The notes beneath the pieces are model-generated. The model ran no database searches, was not told the DNA's origin, and saw only the letters and a program-made list of their open reading frames with translations. Below, piece after piece: positions 1-6,720 of a stretch of DNA of 10,156 bases (position 1 is the first letter of the stretch; every line of letters starts with the position of its first letter). Both the position numbers and the translations under genes were made by a program. The DNA lies in NCBI GenBank assembly GCA_046757245.1, contig JBHHXX010000069.1:1-10156 (forward strand), in the 5' to 3' direction. This DNA is from Candidatus Geothermarchaeales archaeon (GTDB lineage Archaea; Thermoproteota; Nitrososphaeria; Geothermarchaeales; JAUWBL01).

Positions 1-420
1 GAGAAGAAAAGGAGGAAACTCGCGATCATAGCCCACGGGGGCACGATAGACCGACTGTACCCAGTCTTCATACTGGCGAGCGCGGCCACGGCCATGGACA
101 TGGAGGTCCACGCCTACTTCACCTTCTGGGGCCTAAACACGCTCAGGAGGGGCGCCATGGACGAGGCGGGCCTACCAGCCACCCACAAGCCCATGGAGGG
201 ACAGCTCAGAGAAAGGCTGGCTGAGATGAGGTATCCCACACCCCACGAGATGCTCAAGAGGCTCAAGGCCTCGGGGCTCCTCAAGATCTACGCCTGCACA
301 CCCACGATGGAGATGTTCGGGGTGAAGAGGGAGGACCTCATACCCGAGGTCGACGAGGTCGCGGGAGCCGCAGCCTTCCTAGACATCGCATCGGACGCGG
401 ACATAACGCTCTTCATCTGA
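1..420 (+). CDS. DsrE/DsrF-like (DsrE2-type, peroxiredoxin-like) family protein, 5' truncated by window edge
   Basis: The ORF called from ATG 94 is open in frame back to base 1 (EKKRRKLAIIAHGGTIDRLYPVFILASAATAMDMEVHAYFTFWGLNTLRRG...). The N-terminal beta-strand/glycine loop, 'ATAMDMEVHAYFTFWGLN', and 'LKIYACTPTMEMFGV' with its conserved Cys resemble DsrE2-like proteins. Stop TGA at 418-420. Confidence 0.75.
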   Translation, partial: EKKRRKLAIIAHGGTIDRLYPVFILASAATAMDMEVHAYFTFWGLNTLRRGAMDEAGLPATHKPMEGQLRERLAEMRYPTPHEMLKRLKASGLLKIYACTPTMEMFGVKREDLIPEVDEVAGAAAFLDIASDADITLFI

Positions 421-543
421 ACCACCCCCCTTGTTTTTTGATCAAAAATCCCCCATGGAAACCGCTTTACGCACGCTTATTCTTGAGAACTTCAAATAGG
501 CTTAATAACCCCACAAACCGAAAAAGCTTGGAGCCTGATCGCC

Positions 544-1206
544 TTGAAGACAAAAAGGCCTAGCAAAGAGGTTGTAGAGGCGCTGAGGAGATTCCCCACA
601 AGCCTCCTCTCCGACGTCCTCGACCAGATGGGCGTCGAGGGCACCATCACCCACATACTACCCATCTCCACCAACGTGAAGATCGCCGGACCCGCCCTAA
701 CCGTCAGATCCATCGCGGGAGACCTAGGCACAGCGGACATCAAAGAGTTGGGCGTGGGCAGGATCCTCGACGAGGCGCACCCCGGCGACGTCATCGTCTT
801 CGACCTGGGAGGTCGAAGCCACGCCTCAACCTGGGGCGAACTGGCCTCCCTCGCGGCAAAGGTCAAGGGCATTGAGGGCGTCGTCATCGATGGCGCCTGT
901 AGGGACGTGGACGAGATCAGAGAGGAGGGATTCCCTGTTTTCACGCGGTCGGTGGTCCCGAGGAGCGGGAAGACTCGAGTCAAGATGCTGGACATCAACG
1001 TACCGATCCAGTGCGGCGAGGTCATGGTTCGACCAGGCGACATCATCGTAGGCGATGGAACGGGCGTCGTCGCCATCCCCCCGGACAGGGCTGAGGAGGC
1101 CGTCAAGATCGCGGAGCGCCTCGAGGAGATCGAGGAGAGGGAGAGGGAGGAGCTGCTCAAGGGGCGATCCTTCAGCGAGATCATGAGGAAGTATCGCCAC
1201 TTCTAG
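544..1206 (+). CDS. RraA-like family protein (dimethylmenaquinone methyltransferase-like / 4-hydroxy-4-methyl-2-oxoglutarate aldolase fold)
   Basis: 220 aa ORF with family hallmarks: 'TSLLSDVLDQMG', 'GPALTVRS', 'GDVIVFD..G', 'ASTWGELASLAAKVKGIEGVVIDGACRDVDEI', 'VRPGDIIVGDGTGVVAIP'. TTG start preceded by GGAG. Confidence 0.85.
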   Translation: MKTKRPSKEVVEALRRFPTSLLSDVLDQMGVEGTITHILPISTNVKIAGPALTVRSIAGDLGTADIKELGVGRILDEAHPGDVIVFDLGGRSHASTWGELASLAAKVKGIEGVVIDGACRDVDEIREEGFPVFTRSVVPRSGKTRVKMLDINVPIQCGEVMVRPGDIIVGDGTGVVAIPPDRAEEAVKIAERLEEIEEREREELLKGRSFSEIMRKYRHF

Positions 1207-1335
1207 CGTAGCGCGGGGGCGAAACTCCACGAGTGTCCGAAGCCACGAGATAAATCATCGGAAAAGCCTGCCATATCTCGGGGTTGAATTGGGAATTGCG
1301 TAGAGAAAAAGGGTCTTAAGGAGCGATCTTACAAC

Positions 1336-1345
1336 CTTTATATAT
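1336..1345 (+). promoter_or_regulatory. Archaeal TATA box of alba
   Basis: 'cctttatatatacacg', centred about 30-40 nt upstream of GTG 1371/ATG 1380. Short or absent leader expected. Confidence 0.6.
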
Positions 1346-1370
1346 ACACGGGTTTACTCATGCTGTAGGA

Positions 1371-1748
1371 GTGTCCCACATGAGCGAGGAAGAGAAAACG
1401 GCTGAAGAAGAAGCAGTCGAAGAAGAAGTAGTCGAAGAGGTCGAGGAAGTCGAGAAGAAGGCGAAGAAGGTGAGGGAAAAGAAGGAGGCAAACGTCATCT
1501 TCGTGGGGAAGAAGCCCGTGATGAGCTACACCCTGGCGGCGCTTCTCCAATTCAACGCGGGATCCGACGAGGTGGTCCTGAAGGCTAGGGGGATGTCGAT
1601 CTCGAAGGCCGTGGACGTGGCGGAGGTCATCAAGAGGAGGCTCCTCGAGGACAGGGTGGAGGTCAAAGACATAAAGATAGACACGGAGATCCTCGGGGAG
1701 GACATGAGGAACGTCTCAACCATGGAGATAATCCTAGCCAAGAAGTAG
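1371..1748 (+). CDS. albA: DNA/RNA-binding chromatin protein Alba with acidic N-terminal extension (start GTG 1371 or ATG 1380)
   Basis: '[52 protein letters not shown]...[10 protein letters not shown]' is a clear Alba domain. A TATA box (tttatatata, about 1336-1345) lies about 25-30 nt before the start. Confidence 0.93.
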   Translation: MSHMSEEEKTAEEEAVEEEVVEEVEEVEKKAKKVREKKEANVIFVGKKPVMSYTLAALLQFNAGSDEVVLKARGMSISKAVDVAEVIKRRLLEDRVEVKDIKIDTEILGEDMRNVSTMEIILAKK

Positions 1749-1967
1749 CCCCACCTCGAGACATCAGCCCCATTGGACGCCTATCAACGCTGTGCCAAAG
1801 AGCAGCTTAGACACAATCGGAATATGAGGCGATCGAGGACGGCGATCTCAGAGGCATAAGACCACAAACATTTATTCACCTTATTCAGTTCGTCTCAGAT
1901 CAGGAGGTGACTAACGGGTTTTTTAGGCACTTGAGCGACCCCTCCGAGAAGGCCGGTTGGACGATTC

Positions 1968-3131
1968 CTACTCAATGATGGAGTGATAGTAGTGTAGGAT
2001 ATACTCAGGTAGGAAGAGACCCCTTTCGCTCAACCTCTCGATCAGCTTGACGGGGAGGGGGCTGAGGATAAAGGCAGCCCTCATGTAGAACCTCCGCGGA
2101 TGACCGGGCTCCACCTCCTCATCCAGAACTATGCTGTAGTTCGAGTTTTTGACTAAGGGTGTGTCATGGTTTCCGACGATCGAGAGCACGATCCCATTCT
2201 CCCTCCTGAAGTCGCTGCACCACCTCAGAACCGAACCCGTCACGCCGGAGTATGAGATTAAAATCTCGAAGTCGCCCGGCCTCGGACGGGGGGTGTTTTC
2301 ACCCCTCGCTTTGTAGACGTGGTCGCCCAAGGGGGTTTTGACGTGAGCCAGCCTTATGACCGACATCTTCGCCACCTCGTCACTGGTGCCCCTGCCCCCG
2401 AGGAAGACATCGTTGTGTCTCTCCAAGATGTTGATGGCCGAGGTGTAGACCTCTGATTCCACAACTTCATCGAGTCTCGCACCCATCTTCGGGAACTCCT
2501 CTTCCAGCAGTTCGAGGATCGTGTCAGCCGACCCATCCTTATACAGGGTTTCAGCCATCATGTGGATGAGGGATAGACCGCCTAGCTCAAAGACGTCCCC
2601 CATGATCCCGGTCTTCCTATACTCGTTGGACACCTCCCTCATCTTCCGCCCCCTCAGCTTGATCACGTGCCCGTGTTTCCTCACGATGCGGGCCATCGGA
2701 GAGTTGGGGTTAGACGTTATCAAACCCATGCTGAACTTCTCGCTGTTCGTTGCCTCGATGTATTGGTCCAGTCCCTTACAGACCTCCATCGGATCCTCAG
2801 ATCTACCGCCCCCAGAGTTGAGTAGGAGAAAGATCTTGTTATACCTCTTCTCCAGCTCGGGCGCGGCGTCCAGCATGCCGCTCCCCGGAAAACCAGGGTC
2901 TTCGGGGCTTATGATGATCTTCGAGTTCCTCTTCATCTTCGCCATCTGACTCGTCCCTATGGTTGCTGAGCACAGGGATCTCCCCGAGCCGTAGGTTATG
3001 ATGCAGTCGGAGAGCCTCAACTCCTCGTAGAGCCTTGAGAGGACCTTACGATTGACGGAGAGGACGTTGTCCTTAATCTCATTGATATAATCTATGTCGC
3101 TAATCTTCCCCCTCATTGCCCCCACACCCAC
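1968..3131 (-). CDS. Tandem SIS (sugar isomerase) domain protein, possible phosphosugar isomerase/6-phospho-3-hexuloisomerase-like (start GTG 3131 or ATG 3116)
   Basis: Two SIS-like units: 'DCIITYGSGRSLCSATIG...KIFLLLNSGGGRSEDPMEV...GLITSNPNSPMARIVRKHGHVIKL' and 'DVFLGGRGTSDEVAKMSVIRLAHV...FEILISYSGVTGSVLRWC...GIVLSIVGNHDTPLVKNSNYSIVL'. Confidence 0.75.
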   Translation of the reverse strand: MGVGAMRGKISDIDYINEIKDNVLSVNRKVLSRLYEELRLSDCIITYGSGRSLCSATIGTSQMAKMKRNSKIIISPEDPGFPGSGMLDAAPELEKRYNKIFLLLNSGGGRSEDPMEVCKGLDQYIEATNSEKFSMGLITSNPNSPMARIVRKHGHVIKLRGRKMREVSNEYRKTGIMGDVFELGGLSLIHMMAETLYKDGSADTILELLEEEFPKMGARLDEVVESEVYTSAINILERHNDVFLGGRGTSDEVAKMSVIRLAHVKTPLGDHVYKARGENTPRPRPGDFEILISYSGVTGSVLRWCSDFRRENGIVLSIVGNHDTPLVKNSNYSIVLDEEVEPGHPRRFYMRAAFILSPLPVKLIERLSERGLFLPEYILHYYHSIIE

Positions 3132-3253
3132 ATAAAGGGTTAAACTTAAATTTTTAAACCTTCAACCAAAAAGCCGCAGAAAAACTTCGACTTTCCCTTC
3201 CACGAAAAAAACCACCGAAAACGATCGGGGATTAAGCATAAGTCGCAACAGCA

Positions 3254-3261
3254 CCTTTATT
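3254..3261 (+). promoter_or_regulatory. Putative TATA box of the metallopeptidase gene
   Basis: 'cacctttattttttt', about 25 nt upstream of GTG 3283. This matches the leaderless-like spacing of other genes in the window. Confidence 0.45.
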
Positions 3262-3278
3262 TTTTTCCATTGGGTTGA

Positions 3279-4589
3279 ATTTGTGGGGGTGTCTCGACAA
3301 CGTCCACCGCTGAAAGCACATGGTTTTGGACCGGGCACAAGACTTATGCAGGGGGAATCATCGTCCTTGCCGCCGTCTTAATCATAGCCGTTCTCATCAG
3401 CGGGTCCCTCCAAAGGCAAACACCCGAGGTTGAAGGGGAGTATGAGAGACTCGTTGAGCAGCTCCTCGACGAGGTTAAGCCAGCCCTGGAGAGGGTTAGG
3501 GGCCTTCCACTGCCCGAGCAGTTTGAGTTAGAAGTCGTTACAGCGGATTGGGTGAGGGAGAAGTGGGGTCGGGAGCACTTTGAATCGATCTCTGAGGAGG
3601 TGGAGATCGACGAGAGGATCTTTAGGTCCCTCTTCCTGATCCCAGAGGGCTTCGCCCTAATGGATGCCTACGTCGACATCTCAAGCTGGACGATGGCCGG
3701 GGTCTTAGACACAAAGCTCTATGTGGTCAAAGACTACTTCAACCCTAGGGTGCTCAAGGCCAGAGAGACCCTAGCCCACGAACTCACCCACATGATGCAG
3801 ACCAGCAGCTTCGATGCCCCTGAGACGGAGACATTCGACGAGAAGCAGGCTTGGTCCGCTCTCATCGAGGGGGACGCCGACTTCACAGCGGGCGTCTATG
3901 TTAAGACCGAGATTAAGACCTCGATGGGGCATAGCCTAAACCATGCCGTCGCGGGAGCGATAGCCCCAGAGGTCGGAGGCTCAAGGGGCGAGGACGTGGC
4001 GTCCGTCAGCAAGCTGAGGCTGTTTCCCTATAACTATGGGGAGGGTTTTGTGAGAGCGCTTTTCTCCAAGGGTGAATGGAACATGGTGAACGAGGCCTAC
4101 CTAAAACCGCCCTCCACCACCGAGCAGATCATGCACCCAGCCAAGTATCTCGATGGAGAGGGGGCTTTGGAGGTGGTGACGCCCCCACTGAATTCTACAG
4201 GTTGGAGCCTCAAAAGGGTTGACAGGATGGGGGAGCACTTCATCTTCGTCATGCTGAGCAACTGGTTGCCCGAAGCCTCAGCCAGCGTGGCGGCTGGGGG
4301 TTGGGGCGGGGACAGTTTAACATACTATGAGAGGGACGGAGATTGGCTCCTCCTATGGGGGGTCGCCTGGGACTCCGACGTAGATGCCTCTGAATTCTAT
4401 AACGCTTTTCTCGAGATGCTGTCGATGGTTGAGGGGGAAGACTCGAGGCTCGATGGGGCTCGGCTTTGGATAGTCGACTGGGGATATGTGATCATAACTA
4501 TGCGGGATGGAGAGACGCTCATAGTGGGTTCAACAGACAGGGAGGCGTTGTTGAACGTCCACGGGGCCGAGGTGGGCTTCACCAAGTAA
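3279..4589 (+). CDS. Membrane-anchored HExxH zinc metallopeptidase-like protein. ORF called from GTG 3552, but the open frame begins at 3279
   Basis: 'LAHELTHMMQ' (HExxH), followed by 'ALIEGDADFTAGVYV' as a candidate downstream Glu ligand. Translating upstream of GTG 3552 gives '...TGHKTYAGGIIVLAAVLIIAVLISGSLQRQTPEVEGEYERLVEQLLDEVKPALERVRGLPLPEQFELEVVTADW', which is a TM segment plus coding-like sequence with no stop until TGA 3276-3278. Confidence 0.7.
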   Translation: MCGGVSTTSTAESTWFWTGHKTYAGGIIVLAAVLIIAVLISGSLQRQTPEVEGEYERLVEQLLDEVKPALERVRGLPLPEQFELEVVTADWVREKWGREHFESISEEVEIDERIFRSLFLIPEGFALMDAYVDISSWTMAGVLDTKLYVVKDYFNPRVLKARETLAHELTHMMQTSSFDAPETETFDEKQAWSALIEGDADFTAGVYVKTEIKTSMGHSLNHAVAGAIAPEVGGSRGEDVASVSKLRLFPYNYGEGFVRALFSKGEWNMVNEAYLKPPSTTEQIMHPAKYLDGEGALEVVTPPLNSTGWSLKRVDRMGEHFIFVMLSNWLPEASASVAAGGWGGDSLTYYERDGDWLLLWGVAWDSDVDASEFYNAFLEMLSMVEGEDSRLDGARLWIVDWGYVIITMRDGETLIVGSTDREALLNVHGAEVGFTK

Positions 4590-4800
4590 ATCTCGCCTCG
4601 AATAGACATCTAAAGCGTATTAGCCATCCTGGAGGGATAAAAGCTGTGAAAGAGGTCGATAGCCGATGAAAAACGAGGATTAGCTCTCAGAGCAGAGGTC
4701 TAAATACCCTTCCCAAGCCTTTCGAGCAGAGAAATTCAAAACGTAGAGGCTATAGATGGCTGCTCATCTTAGGACGCGACTTTACCAACGTTAATTAAGG

Positions 4801-4810
4801 CTTTTATTAT
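4801..4810 (+). promoter_or_regulatory. Putative TATA box of 5S rRNA gene
   Basis: 'ttaattaaggcttttattatgg', centred about 25 nt before the 5S 5' end at about 4830. Confidence 0.5.
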
Positions 4811-4829
4811 GGTGTAGGCCATCTTTGAT

Positions 4830-4985
4830 TGGTGGTTGGCCATAGGATGCGGGGTACACCAGATTCCCATTCCGAAAATCGAGATGGTTGGACCCATCTC
4901 GGTCGGGTGCTCTGAAGTTAAGCCGCGTCACGCCGGGAAGTAGTAAGGTGCGGGAGCCCTTGTGAACACCCGGTGCCAACCACCA
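4830..4985 (+). rRNA. 5S ribosomal RNA, with about 34-nt insertion
   Basis: Helix I GGTGGTTGG(4831-4839)/CCAACCACC(4976-4984). Loop A 'CCATAG'. Helix II GATGCGG(4846-4852)/CCGCGTC(4923-4929). Loop C 'CCCATTCCGAA' and 'TCTGAAGTTAAG' conserved motifs. Helix V-side CGCCGGG(4931-4937)/CCCGGTG(4969-4975). TATA-like 'cttttattat' about 25 nt upstream of the 5' end. Confidence 0.9.
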
Positions 4986-5008
4986 TCAGCATCCTGAGGT
5001 AACAGAAG

Positions 5009-6124
5009 GTGTTCAACGAGGTACTACAGGTCCCAGGTAGAGGGGAGGGGAGTATACTCTATTTCATCCTGCTCTACCTACCCTTCATCTTCTTCATGTT
5101 CTACGGTCAGAGGTTCCAGATGCAGATGGCCCTCTTAGAGATAGGTGGGATCCTGAAGCAGCTGGAGAGGATGAAGGACTTCGCCAAGAGAGAGACTCTC
5201 GACACGTTCAAGAGAGAGGGATGCGATGAAAAGACCGCTGAAGAGAGCTTGGGCCTGATCCTTAACTCCTTCACGATCCTCCCGACGTCCATGGACCCGG
5301 TTGGGGTCGTCAGCAAGGTGGAGCACATATTGAACATCAGAGACGCAAAACTCCTGAAACAGGTAAAGAACACCATCCCCAACGCCGATGAGGCAACAGC
5401 TAGGAACGTGGAGAACCTCGTGGAGGCCACGGCAGCCTTGGACCAGATCTACAGGATCATAAGACACTTCTACCTCCTCGGGAAGAAGATGGGAAACCTA
5501 TACGCGGTCATTCAGCTCCAGATGCTGGCCCCCATGATCATAAACTATGCGAAAGCCTTCGTCAGCGCTGTCTATGCATTCAAACGCGGAATCCCCGTCG
5601 GCGACGGGATAGGCGCACTTGTGGCCGCTAAGATGATCAAGGGCGCGGAGACCGAGGTGATCGCCAAGGACACCATAACCGCCAAGATAGACTTTGAGAA
5701 CAGGAAGGCCTTCGTCGTCAAGGCTCTTGGCCCGGGTGGAAACGTGGGAAAGCCCGGGGAAGCGATAAGAAAGATCGTGGAGATAAATAAAAAGGATATA
5801 AAGCTCATCGTCATGATCGACGCAGCCCTGAAGCTGGAGGGTGAGAAGATCGGGGAGGTGGCCGAGGGCGTCGGAGCGGCCATCGGGGGAATAGGCGTGG
5901 AGAAGTTTAAAATCGAGAAGGAGGCCTCAAGGTATAAGATACCGCTTCACGCCGTCATCATAAAGGAGTCCATTACGGATGCGATCTCCGTGATGAAGAA
6001 GGAAATCTACAACTCCCTGGACGAGGTCCTAAATAGGATTAAAAGGATAGTCCTCGAGAACACCAAGGAGGGTGAGGGGGTCATCATCACGGGGGTCGGT
6101 AACACCGCCGGGATAGCACAGTGA
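5009..6124 (+). CDS. Archaeal DUF1512-like membrane-associated protein of unknown function
   Basis: 371 aa ORF. N-terminal hydrophobic segment 'SILYFILLYLPFIFFMFYGQRFQMQMALLEI', then a long soluble region with 'IIRHFYLLGKKMGNLYAVIQLQMLAPMI' and 'NKKDIKLIVMIDAALKLEGEKIGEVAEGVGAAIGG' that resembles the archaeal DUF1512 family (recalled, not searched). GTG start preceded by 'GAGGT' at 4996-5000. Confidence 0.7.
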   Translation: MFNEVLQVPGRGEGSILYFILLYLPFIFFMFYGQRFQMQMALLEIGGILKQLERMKDFAKRETLDTFKREGCDEKTAEESLGLILNSFTILPTSMDPVGVVSKVEHILNIRDAKLLKQVKNTIPNADEATARNVENLVEATAALDQIYRIIRHFYLLGKKMGNLYAVIQLQMLAPMIINYAKAFVSAVYAFKRGIPVGDGIGALVAAKMIKGAETEVIAKDTITAKIDFENRKAFVVKALGPGGNVGKPGEAIRKIVEINKKDIKLIVMIDAALKLEGEKIGEVAEGVGAAIGGIGVEKFKIEKEASRYKIPLHAVIIKESITDAISVMKKEIYNSLDEVLNRIKRIVLENTKEGEGVIITGVGNTAGIAQ

Positions 6125-6130
6125 GAAGAG

Positions 6131-6427
6131 ATGAACTGGTATCTGCAGATTGACGGTTTTGGAGACGAATCCTTCCTCTACCTCTTCGTCGCGCTGATAG
6201 CGATATTCGTCGTCATGCAACTATTTGACTCCATGAAGAAGAGGAGGCAGTTCTCCATTGAGAGACCCCTCACGAGGACTGAACTCACATGCCCCTCCTG
6301 CGATTTGCGGGAGGTGAGGGAGTACCGAGACAAGGACCACGTGTTGAAGAAAACCGATGAGAAGTGCAAGAAATGTGAAGGTAACCTCATCATCAGCAGC
6401 ATCTACGCCATCCCCGCGAAAAAGTAG
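6131..6427 (+). CDS. Small one-TM protein with C-terminal zinc-ribbon-like CxxC...CxxC domain
   Basis: 98 aa ORF beginning 6 nt after the previous stop. 'ESFLYLFVALIAIFVVMQLFDSMKKRR' is a TM helix, followed by 'CPSC...KCKKC'. Confidence 0.75.
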   Translation: MNWYLQIDGFGDESFLYLFVALIAIFVVMQLFDSMKKRRQFSIERPLTRTELTCPSCDLREVREYRDKDHVLKKTDEKCKKCEGNLIISSIYAIPAKK

Positions 6428-6720
6428 AATTACTTTCATTAGTCATTATCACGGGAAGCGGATCGTCACAAGCTATTCCTCGTCTCCTCAGCCCACTTCT
6501 CGCCTAGTCTTATCGGAGATGATTCTAAGGGGTCTCAACTCATTTTACTGTGAATATTTTTAGATGTTTTTTCTTCACCCTAAATGCTACGGAACTCCTC
6601 ATTCCTCCCCAAAAAAGTGAACCGTGTAGATTCCAAGCGGAGACCATGGAAAGCGTCATCGATCTGCAACCTATGTTAACGATGTGCCCGGGCATCTAGA
6701 CTTTCCCTGCGTTGAGCATC

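Noticed and set aside
492-1184. 230 aa minus-strand ORF (Ser/Leu-rich)
   Set aside because: Antisense shadow of the RraA-like gene. Low-complexity serine/proline composition is typical of spurious ORFs in GC-biased genes.
1338-1550. Minus-strand 70 aa ORF rich in Phe/Leu ('[20 protein letters not shown]')
   Set aside because: Shadow of the GAA/GAG/AAG-rich acidic extension of Alba read in antisense. The apparent TM segment is an artefact.
4791-4979. Minus-strand 62 aa ORF
   Set aside because: It lies almost entirely antisense to the 5S rRNA and arises from RNA sequence constraints. No protein-like features.
6357-6563. 68 aa plus-strand ORF after the zinc-ribbon gene
   Set aside because: Out-of-frame overlap with the zinc-ribbon gene plus downstream non-coding sequence. 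Ser-rich spurious translation.
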